The notes below the pieces were generated by a model, which saw only the letters and a program-made list of their open reading frames with translations, was not told the DNA's origin and searched no databases. Below, piece by piece: positions 48,841 through 60,343 of a stretch of 64,000 nt of DNA. The stretch covers positions 2,810,430 to 2,874,429 of the forward strand of contig OZ316893.1 of the NCBI GenBank assembly GCA_973895155.1, read 5' to 3'. Made by a program: the position numbers and the translations under genes. This stretch comes from Marsupella aquatica. Taxonomy: Eukaryota > Plantae > Marchantiophyta. Within the stretch, counting starts at the first letter, position 1. Each line of letters starts with the position of its first letter.

Positions 48841-49990
48841 AAAAGGGAAAAAAAAACACACGAGGACCACATAGCCAACCAGCTATGTGGACAGCTACAA
48901 AAGAATTAAAGCCCTGCTAAATTAAAAACTTAGTAGAGCTCTATGGGGCTGAAGAAAGATGTCTGTTGCAAAAGAAGAATCATAAACACAACAAGTGACC
49001 TGCTTACTTTACCTATATGTGTATTTATGTGATAGACTAGTGTGTACAGAGGGTAGCTCGAACTTAAATATGTTGATGGCATGAACTGCTCAGAGTCTTG
49101 ATTCTATGCACAGGGGGCCACTTCCCCTATATTCAAGACACACTGTATCACTATAGCCCTCTCCACAAATAGCACTCTCCCTATGAATCAGAATGATATA
49201 ATAAATTTGTGGAATTAGGGGAGGGGGGTCAAGAGACAGTGAGGATGGACCCCCACAATAGACCTAACTAAACGACTCTGGCGGATTGACCAAGAAAGCT
49301 TCTTGACATCCAGAAATATCAGCATCATTTGGGATACCAAGGAACGGCTGGTGTTATTTGAGTAAAGTAAATTGTTTCCAACAAGCCATACAAGTTTTGG
49401 CAGTTACATGAGCATGTTGTTGAATGTTGTAATCTAGTTATATGGGAACTTTGGTCTAGGATGAGGGGCTAGAACAACAGCTAGAATTAAAATAAAATTC
49501 TGGGATTCATTATAGTATTCTACAATGAATGTGAACTCCAATAAACAGATGTCTTGGACTACCGAATGCAACTTTTTATCACTCTTCCAGTATTCAAGGC
49601 AGTTCTTGGTTTCAGTTAGTTTTGATCTTGGACAGTTGTCAGTTTTATCCTTTCCTCTGGGCTAGAATGACTTTTTCACATATACCACAATAAACAAGAA
49701 TAAGGGTACACCTGCCTTGTTTCTACTTCATGGACAGCTCTTGTTTACCTGGGATTTATGGTAGTGCCTTTTAAACTTACCTTCATTACCACATGTTTCT
49801 CCTTTTATACTTACTTTCATTCAATCTAAACTCTAAATAACAAATTGGTTGTAATTACATCACACAAGTTTATCGGACGACAAATTAGAACCCTGGAGAA
49901 AAGGACCTATATCTGGAAAAGAACATCCCAATTGACCATATCATGTACTTACTAGGAGAAAAGGACCTCCATATCAAATGATTGATCAAA

Positions 49991-50391
49991 AGTTGCTTTA
50001 AGGCTACAATGTAGAGTCAAAGATTTTAATGAAAAATGCACAATCATGCAATATTCATTTTCAGTGAGTTGTTCTTGGGAAAGTGAAGCCCACATGGACC
50101 TCCATGTTGGACATAGAGCTCCTGGGGACAACATTTTGGTGGTTCGTGTGAGTTTTGGGCTTATAACTTGATGAATATGAGTCTTGAGATAGTTGCTTTA
50201 AGGCTACAATGTAGAGTCAAAGATTTTAATGAAAAATGCACAATCATGCAATATTCATTTTCAGTGAGTTCTTCTTGGGGAAAGTGAAGCCCACATGGAC
50301 CTCCATGTTGGACATAGAGCTCCTGGGGACAACATTTTGGTGGTTCGTGTTAGTTTTGGGCTTATAACTTGATGAATATGAGTCTTAAGAT
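49991..50391 (+). repeat. near-perfect 200-bp tandem duplication
   Basis: agttgctttaaggctacaatg...gatgaatatgagtctt(g/a)agat at 49991 and 50191, with only about 4 differences. Confidence 0.95.
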
Positions 50392-51165
50392 AATTTTTGT
50401 TTTCACCTGCAAACAGAGAAGGAGGAGATACAAAAAAAACAAAAGCCCAAATATTTCATATTAACACAATGAAAATTAATCTGATAAATTTTATCCATCC
50501 GCATTCTATGATAAACAACTCAACTAAAATGGCCAAAGATTCACTGTCACTTTGATAGAAGTGTAGCTTACCTACTCCTCTAACACATACTCAAAACAAA
50601 ACAAAAAATATTTGAATTTATGAACATCAAGTTATTACAATTAAAGTCAAATTTTCATAAATGTGGGCCATGGGGGTCTCCAAAGACCAATGTTGTGGCC
50701 CATGGGAGCATCATTTTCTGTTCTTGGAGGTTGTGAGATGGAGAACAGAGGGTTCACGCACCAAAAGGACGCCTCGTCGGGTCATGGGATGGATGTTGGT
50801 TTCCATTGCTAGGAGGGTGCCACATCAAGGCCAGACAAGTAAAATGTATATATGTAGATGGGTTTCATCTTAATTAGTAATCCACTTCCACTTTCATCAA
50901 TATTGAAAAGATAGATGGGAAGAAACTTGGACGGAAATAGTGCCAATTGAGAGCCAAGGTAATTTGATAAATAATACTATACCCATTCTGAGTAACTCTT
51001 CTTTACCAACTGATCCATGAATTGATCCATAATTATTTGCCTTGAAACATTTCACAGACTGAGGTCAAATAGATGAACAGTATGTACAACTAGCCTGAGC
51101 AGCCTTGAGGGGGAACAAAGCCCAAATTAACCATCAGTTGATTATTACTCCACTCTGCTAGTACC

Positions 51166-52567
51166 ATGACAATTGTAGTTGGGAGTTTGAAACTCCAACC
51201 AAGTTGTACAACTTCAAGTGTATCAGGATGTCAATCTGATGAGTTATGGAGATCAAGGAAACCTAGAAATAAGAAAAGTTTGACAACAATAAGCTTTCTT
51301 ACATGCTCTCATTTTCAAGAGAAATTACTTTCAGAATTACAGTTAGGAGTTCCAGTAGCCTGCCACCAAAGGTATCAGAAACACCGATCAAGGGTAAATT
51401 GTGTACAATCAGCAGGGCAATCAGGCCTTGCCAAAAAGCTGCAAGATTTGCCAGACTCTCTTTCATTTGATGGCAGTATACTTGGAAGATGTCTTAAAAT
51501 GACTACTTCTCTAATAAGGGCCAGGCGGAAAAGTGGTCACAATGAAAGTGTTGATGATGACATTGACAATGGTATCAAAACCGAACGTAGAGGAGAGTTG
51601 GAATTTTGCCCTAAAAAATCTGGCCGGGGATCTGGCTCACGGAAAGACACCATTGAAATTGCAAATGAGGTATATAAGATGTTTTCTCAGTGATTCTCTA
51701 CTTACAGACTTCATTTGTAGTATGGGAATCATGATGCATTCTTACAACAAACACTCAAATTGCCCTTGACTTTGACAATCCTACACAGTTTAGAATCATG
51801 TGTTAAAACATTTGAAGAAAGCTTTGGCATTTACTTTTCAAAATGAACGGATTATGATTGAAGATGGAGGAGTTGTTACAGCATTGAAACGTTCACAATA
51901 TCATGAATGGATTTTGTCACCAGAGTTTAACGTGATGTCATGCACAACCATAAACCATTTTTGGAAGCAATGCAATTTGAATGGACAATCTCTCACAAAT
52001 TCCACTAACACCTTGTGCTATGAACTTTTGCAGTCTGGGTATGTGATCAAAGTTAGTAGGGATTTGATGAGTGCATTCCAGTATGTGGAGAAAATGAAAC
52101 GTGCTCGATTGAGAGAGTTATCGGAAACTCTATGTCAAGTGGCTTATGCATGCCTTTTCTTTTCATGTGTGAAAGGCGTTGTAACCCCTCTTGTAGAAAT
52201 ATTCAAAACTCAGCCTCCCAGTTGGGGCAAGCTAATCATGGTTTTGGGTGCATTCGATGCATTCGCAATTACATACTTGGCATTAAAAGCATCGCAGCCA
52301 TTGGAAAGACTCTCATCCCTTGCAACGGAATGTGAGACTGAGTCAAATATGATGGGAAGTATAGAAAAGGAGGAGGAATACATGCTGGCACTGGCATTAG
52401 ATCTTGTTAGGCTATTTCGCAGACTTCGGAACTTAGCATTAGGCACAGCTGTTACCCAATTTGCACATATCCTTCATACCATGCTCCAACTGAAAAAGTC
52501 ATATCCAAATTTTGCCATCCACTTGATTAAGGTTTTTAATACCTGGCTTTCAACTCCATGGGTATAA
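51166..52567 (+). CDS. two-exon gene (51166-51669 + 52034-52567, about 345 aa), putative plastid-targeted membrane protein of unknown function
   Basis: Donor GAG|gtatat at 51670 and acceptor ttttgcag|TCT at 52033 are both phase 0 and join two long ORFs. Ser/Thr/Lys-rich N-terminus resembles a transit peptide. Two to three hydrophobic segments in exon 2. Confidence 0.65.
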
Positions 52568-55500
52568 AGAATACTTGTGCCCGACCCTTTGCTTTGTCCA
52601 TCCAAACATTGTAGATCCCATTAACCAATCTCTTCCCAGCCTTGAAAGTTTTGTGATAGAACCATCGGCCTACTAGTGTATAAGTGCAATTGAGATTTTA
52701 CTTTTGTCCTAAAAACGGCCAACTGAAGATGAATTATTGTATGGCACAAATCTCAAAGCAGTCCTTGTTGTCATCAGCCAGAAATTGAAGGAATAAAACG
52801 TGGTCCAGGCTCTTCAATCAAATGAGTATACCACTGAAAACTGTATTTTTTATATTTACATGGATGATAATCATTATAACTATCTTCTATCAGAAGGATA
52901 CTGCTGTTCACCACTGCACAACGCTGGTGCACCCTATACCCTCCAAAACCACCAAAAAAAACCAGCTACAAACGAACAATACAACTTAGAAAACTTTAAA
53001 ACCATGATTTTGGGGTCACTATGAACCCTTCTTCTCTAGTACTTAGGGTAATGGGAAGTATGTACTCAACTCGTGGACCAGTTTGAAACACAACTTAAAA
53101 CACAGAATAAGAAATTGTCCTAGAGAGACGGGGAGAGGGATCTTCGTTTTCTCTTTGTTTTCCATGATTGATTGGAATGCACTCTGTAAAGGGTAAAAAA
53201 CACTTTGTGCCGTGCTTTGAATATTAAAAGTGACGGATGGTTCCTAGTTGTAGTAAATGTTTGCATTGCATATTCCTCGGTTCTTTCCTCTTACTGCCTT
53301 GCAAATTCATCAGGCCCAGCTCAATTTGTGCATGTGGTCTAAACAGAAACAAAAAGTTGCCTTTCCCTTTTAAAGTATATCCATATCCTACTTGCCGACT
53401 TAGTTATAAGCACTAGATATGTACAATTAGAGCATCACAAGATTGAAGACACTGATCCTCATTTGCTCATTTAATTGGAGTTTGCTTAATTAGCCCTACA
53501 CTATTGCAGTGGTCATCATTTGCTTAGTTTTGAGTTCGCATTTGGCATCTTCTTGTGTGCTTTGTGTTTGTCCTCTCTGGCCACCTTTGCTTCTATTCTA
53601 TTGCACATTTTTTGGCCCATAATAGTAAACTAGCCTTTTTCCTGCCCATTGCATAATTGTTGTTATTGCAATTTCATTGTTGCAATCAATTTAATTATCA
53701 TTGCGCCCATGTAATTGTTGTGGTCATTTCATTCTTGCAGCTATTGCGTTGTTGGCTAATGATGTTGTTGAAAACAAAAACTTAGGATATAAGGTTAATG
53801 TAACTTGGGAAAACTACTTCGTAGAGAGTATACAAGAACTATGAAAAAATGTTCAATCTCGTCTCCATTGACTTTAAATTCCGTTTCACTCCTCTAACTA
53901 ATCTCTATTCAACTCTAAACTCTAACGTGTATTGTTTTCTTTCTATCATTTTCCTTTATGTGAATGCGGGGTCTAGGTAGATTTTATTTTCAGACCCACC
54001 TACCCATTATAGCCACATGTCAACTCACCGCTCAATTTTGAAGTGCCTTGGGATGTCAGTGTGTGAATCTAGGTGTGGGTGCAGGTGCAGGTGCATCTAC
54101 GCCCCAAGCTAGGATTTTTCCTTTATCCATCCATGACCAGATCTTATGGCTAGGAAAAGTTATGATTTAAATCCAACGTCATAATGAGTTCTCTCCAAAA
54201 GTGCATTTTGTAAACCAACTAGAAAGGGCAAAAGATGGGATTGTATATTATAATGAGCAGATAGATTGGTCTATTTCTTCTTTTGTTTCCTTCAAAAACA
54301 AACAAAATGGAGAAAGTCTAGTCGGGAGTCTAGTCTATCTAGTAGGGAGTCTCAAAGCTTCAAATTAGATGAACCTTAACTTTATTAATACTGAAGGTTA
54401 TTGACAAGAAATTATGGACTGCCAAATTCATGCTGCATAAGTTTTTGCCATAAAGATTGGTCATATCCATGACCATGAGTCATTGTAGTGGCTTGTGAAT
54501 AAAAATTAAAAATGAATTTTAGGTAAAGCTACTACCATTTGTTTATAGCCCAACCCATCATATGCAACTTTGAAGCTTTGAGATACCTAGCAAGTTCAGA
54601 AAGCCATTAATTTGTTAGTTTACCTACTATAAGCTGATGTGGTCACTAGCCTTTCTGCTCATTAATTATTGACTGAGTCATATTATCTCATCCTATTGAC
54701 ATCTTTTTATTACTTGTTAGAGCTTTCTAAATTTAACAAGGACAGTAAGACTTGACGAGTAAGGACCGTTAGATCTGGCAAGTAGTCTCAAGCATTATTA
54801 TTAACTTCTATCGAGATGTAAGTCTTTGGCTAATGAGGGAGAAACTCTGGACTTTTTCCTTTGTATGTTGGAGGTGTAAGCTTGATGGGACTCTTGACAC
54901 ATCTTTTTACCTGATGGGACCCTACAAAACTTTTCTTACCGACTAGTACCCCTCTACCTGTGCTTATGTGGAGCCCAAATGTGTAGTCCACCACAAAAAG
55001 CACCTCATACAACAGTGTGCTCCCAGGCCTAGCCCACATTTACTCCCTAATGTGGGGGCTATGGTGGTTGAGACCATGTCCCCTACACCTTATTTCACCT
55101 TAGCTGCTGCCTTGGAAAGGCTGAAAATGTGGATGGCATACTGAAAATAGTTGATTTAAGATTCCTCATCCTTATGCAATTCAGGTTCAACACTTGGATG
55201 GTTGGAAACGGCCATGCGGTAGCAAACCCGGTTGAAGTGGGCCAACAGTTCTGCAGTAAACTTTAGCACAATCTCCCCCCAAACCATGACAAACCCCTGG
55301 CAATTGAAATGGAATACAACTGATCTAGAGAACAGACATGTAATACAACTCCATGATGCATGCAGGGTTGGCCAAAGTAAAACTATTGAAAACAAATTAC
55401 ACACAGACAGACCTCCATACACGTGACCATTGCAAATTTCCAATTTCCTGAAATTGTTGAATTCCAAATTTGGGGAGCACAACAACCGAATTGCAGACTT

Positions 55501-58500
55501 TCAAATTTGCAAAACTCAGTCACTCATGTTGCTTAGCCTCTTCCTAGTCTGCAACAAGTGATAATGCAACAATCCTAAATTGTACCCATCATTGTCACCT
55601 ATGCCAAGTGTCATTGCTGGAAAAATTCAGAGCAGCTGCATTTGAATACTTGATTACCAAACTGGTATAATCCAACCAATTCAACATACACCCTATGCCC
55701 ATTAGCTCTATTAAGAGCCTTGCACTAGGCATCCATTGCATTGAACTGACACTATTGCCATATCCCAGTTTCAGAGTGGAACCTGAAGGACTCATGATGT
55801 GCTCTACTAAAACCAGTCACCTGCGCCTCTACCTCCTCCCAAGTGTGGGAAATCCCAAGACTCCTACCCTTTGCAATTGCAGATACACATCTTCTCCTCC
55901 CGTCTGGTACGCTTTGGGGGGTTAACTTAATCACTCTTGTCATTAAAAGTGTATTTTCTTTTATTCTCTTTTTGGTCTCTAAATATACCCTTTTTAACAC
56001 TAAAATGTACACTATTGTACAATAATCTACACCTAAATGGTCAATTGTAAACTTGAGGGGGGCAAAACAATTGTTACTAGGAGTCTAGTCCTAGTTCATA
56101 TACAAAGGATGAGCATGGTGATAAGCCCAATGGCCATGACCTTTGTTGCTTACCCAAATGTACACTTAATTTCTACTGCCCAAATTAGTGCCCAAGTGTT
56201 TATAAATATATCAAATTGTAATTCACTTTTAATGAATAGATTGATCTTAGTGTATATATTTGGGTACCACGGGTGACCCTAGCCTAATATTTATAAGTAC
56301 AACTATTTTATATGGAAAATATTCTAAGAATATTTTCTATTTTCAATATTACATATTTACTTTATAAAAGTATATATAATTACAGAACATCTTATAAACT
56401 TGAGTTTGTAATACCATTTTCTGTCCCTTAGGTACACTTTCTAAAAATTTAGTTAATTTCTATCAAAAATACATACTTTGGAATGCATGTGGTTCCTACA
56501 ATTTTTGCCTCATTGATAGTGCACTCACTAATGGTTGCACATCAAAAAATGTCAAGAACATCATGATAACCCCATACAAAAGCTTGTGTGATAGTGAACC
56601 TAATTACTGAAAACCATAATAAAATAAAAATTCAAACTCAGAGGCATTAACCATATTGTCTTCACTCAAGTTATATCGCACACAATTCGGGCGGCAGTGG
56701 CCACTATTCAGCATTCTCCCCAATCATGTAGTTTGACCGTCAAAGGTTGGGCCTTAAATCTCACAATAGCTGTTGTTGGGCACAATATCAAGCAAAAACT
56801 GGTTACTTAATATAGGAACTACCATATTAAGAACTTATGACAGAAAAACTAGTGTTAGAGTGGTCCTATTTGGTAAAAAAATGGTTTGTTGGGTTCTATG
56901 AGGTAATGACATTCTGCGAAGGGTCCCATCAAGCCTATACCTTGTACTGTTGTCTTTCCTTGATCTCGAATAGTGGGCCACTGGGTGCTCTATTTGAACA
57001 TTGTGGCTGGGGCATTGTATTGAGTCATGTGTACTATTTATTTTTGGTTTTTTTGTAATGGCGTATATGGTCTGGTGGTCAAAATTGGCTATGTGTTTGA
57101 ATATTGACATTGTCTTGTTCATGATTTATGTACCTTTTGTGCTCAATATAGTAACACAACACCATGCACGGCACTATGTTTGGGGAAAGACTGTAGTTGC
57201 TGACTGTTTTGTCTGGGTAAGGATCTGGCTAGAATTTACCAAAAATAAAATGGCTGGTTCTTGCAGTTAGAATCTGCTCAAGAGGCCTTGCATGCCTCGC
57301 TAAGGTGGCATACCACATTCGTTTTTGTTCCCCAAGATTTACTATACTCACTGCCACTCTTTTTCTTGAAATACATATTTTGCCGCTAAATTTTGTGACT
57401 AGATTGCCATCTTTTCCCACTGTAGGTTAAGTAAAGTAACTCTACTTAACTTGAAACAATCCATCAGCCAATATCCGGCCAGGTTCATTCTGGGTTGAAG
57501 GGTCACTATCAGATGGTCAGACCCTCAACATTGGGTTGAGGTCTCTTAATTTTCTCCCATCCCAAGCCGCTCGGCCTCCTCCTGATTGGCTGCCCCACTC
57601 CCCTGGTTGAGGGTGCATTTATGGTCCAATGATGAAACCTGACAGGATGTTGACCGTTGGATCATTTTACACTAAGTAGACTTACTTTGCTTGGCCAACA
57701 CTAGCAAAAATTGGGAACTAGTAATTGAACTAAGAAGATTAGCAAAGTATGTAAATGATCCCAAAAGAGCGTGAATGTGGTAAGTCACTATTGGGGAATT
57801 GCTTGGATTAGGCATTTCCTGGTAGGATATTGTAATTATGTGGCAGGGGGGAATGAGTGAGGTAGGCATCTATAGCTCAACAAGACTCTTTCCTTTAGAT
57901 AATATCACAATGTAGTGGCCCGTTGCATGCAAGGCCATTTTCATGACACGTATAAATTTATATTTCTAATTTGACTTTAAAAAAGAAGTCAGCCTTCCAA
58001 GCAGCATGAAGAGACTGAGGCTATTGATTCAATCGAACACAAAGAACGCAGTGCCCCAAACAGCGAAAAAGGCAAGGAAAAGAGAAGAATCGATGCATGA
58101 AAAGCATGAAGATGACCATGGCAATAATTGAAAATTGGACCACCAATAATCTGAGTCACCTTTTATTCGTCAATCATAGTAAGAATTTCACCTAGTGTAT
58201 TCAATGCAGTCATCAAGAAAGTGGAGATCATTTGGAACTTTCCCTCTATAGATACTAGCTAGATCTTGCTGCACCTAGCAAATTCCTGCCCTACCTGCCT
58301 AAATCTACCCCTCTAGCTACGTACACAGTAATATTTTGTACCTGGTAGTACAAATTCCATGCATTGCACTTTGCATACCTTCTTGGAATTGAGGTCTCTA
58401 AGTCTCAACTAGAGTTTAGGGACAGATCGAGCCTCAAAAGATGTACCACATGCAAGGTGATGGTGCCTTTGTAAGTGTTAGCCAGGGCTCATATCAGTAG

Positions 58501-59236
58501 CTTGATATATATATGATAAAATCCCAAATGGTTATAGCTTAGACGCAACATGGTGCATACCCATGATTCCATTGGCATGGGGACAAGAGAACACTTTGGC
58601 CTCACCTCTAAGAACTGTAGTCGGGCTAGTTTTCCATATGCGCATTGGGGCCACCTTATCTTGAGTGCGCAATGTATGGGATACAACTATTTTTTGTGGT
58701 AAGTTATTCTAGCTTGCGACTTCGGACAGAGGGCATATAATCAAACATGAGGTACTATATGCTTGATTGGACCTCCGTCAGCAATGGTTTACGTCAGGCC
58801 CCCACACAAATTTTGTTACACACTTTTCAGTCAGATGTTCTTCTAACAGTTCTTCTAAGGTGTTTTACTTCAGACTCTCATCCACAACAGCTACTGTGAA
58901 AATAGAGATCAACCGTGTAGGAACAACAAACTACATGGTGGGTGGGGGAGCGGTGGATGGCCGAATACTGGCCATCTCTGCCCAAACTGCAATGTAACTG
59001 AAGTATTGATAATATTATTCATGTCTTTAGGTTCAAAATAATTCATTTTGACATTTTCACTCTACCATGGTTGGCATTAAGGTACTTTCACGCAAGTTGT
59101 GTAAAAGCTTTAATTTCACAACATTTGTTCTCATTGGGAATTTTCTTTGTGCTTCTGTCTGTGTGTGAGTATTGGAAGAAGGCAAGTGTGCACCATGTTG
59201 GTTTTGTCAATGGGTCTCCCACATCCAAAGAGTGTG

Positions 59237-59379
59237 AAGGAACCAGGGATCCTCTACTTTTGGCCGTTTGCCCCTGTTGTAACATTCACACTGTTAAGTG
59301 TGGAACTTGTTCTCTTCCACTAGGCACCGTCCCCAAAAAATTCAAAATGGAAGGAACCAGGGATCCCTTACTATTGGCT
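59237..59379 (+). repeat. about 30-bp direct repeat
   Basis: gaaggaaccagggatcc..tact.ttggc at 59237 and 59350. Confidence 0.7.
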
Positions 59380-59751
59380 TTTGCCCCCCTTGCAACTTAG
59401 TTCAAAAACTTGTGTAAGTGTGAAACAAGAGTTTATCACTGGAATGTCTCTGCTAAATGCAGACGCCCCCTCCTTCTACAATAAAAAATTGTCAATGTGG
59501 TGCGTTTTCCAACCCAACAACATTTTTCAACCACCAAAGCTACTATCAACATGCCGTCTACCACTGGTTTCCAGCCTGCTGATAGCCGCTTCTGTTGCTA
59601 TAGGCTGAAAAATGTGCTAAGTCTCCTTAGCCACACTTGCTGGAATATTCTCACTCGACTTGTGAACAATTGTTGTACCAACACTTCACTTTTCTCTTTG
59701 ACTTACTGGGGTATGTTTGTATTCTTCCCCAGAAGGTACCCATTTGCTTAA

Positions 59752-60343
59752 ACCACTACTACGGGTATATAAGGCAGTCTCGTACACTGTACGGTATTAT
59801 ACGAGCTCAACTCTTGCACAGAGGGAAGACAAAAGGTAACGGGCGGACATCGGGCAGACAAAAAACGAATATACTTCTATTTTTATTTTTAAAAATATTT
59901 ATTCATTTTTGAAACGGAAAAAACCCAGCCGTAGATCTCATTGAGATCTTTCTTTTGAGCCCTACATCGCTGTCTGAAATGGACGGACAAGATAGCTAGA
60001 GGAAAACCAAAATGGATGGCTAGGATAGAAGGAATTCAAATTTGAATAGACGGCCCAGATCTTAGGAGTTTGAAATCCACCAATAAGGTCAAAGAGATTT
60101 GTTTTCCTTTTTTCTCCTTCAATACTTCATATTTTTGGCTGGAATTTTTACCATTGGTAGATCTCGGTGAGCTCTTTCGTTTGAGCCCTTGATCGCATCG
60201 AATGGTTGAGAATAGGCATAGGGGCAAATGCAAATCCGACGGCTGCTAAGAGGTGCAGAGAACGCCTCGCGTTTTTCAAGGAGGAGTCAGTCCAGAATGA
60301 GCACTCCGCGTAACGCGAAGCCTCTTATACCCTTAGTAGTGGT
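59752..60343. mobile_element. non-autonomous TIR element (ACCAC-ended family, second subfamily), 592 bp
   Basis: TTAA|ACCACTACTACGGGTATATAAGGC ... GCCTCTTATACCCTTAGTAGTGGT|TTAA (about 24-bp imperfect TIR). Interior has repeated (g)acgg/atgg...agat motifs. Palindrome CGCGT-A-ACGCG near the right end. Confidence 0.85.

Noticed and set aside
55150-55920. Protein-like minus-strand fragments
   Set aside because: Multiple stops and no identifiable domain. Probably an old TE remnant that cannot be named.
59754-60341. CACTA (En/Spm) classification of the CACTACTA...TAGTAGTG element
   Set aside because: The flanks (AAC / GTT) are not a 3-bp direct duplication. The inverted repeat continues outward to TTAA.
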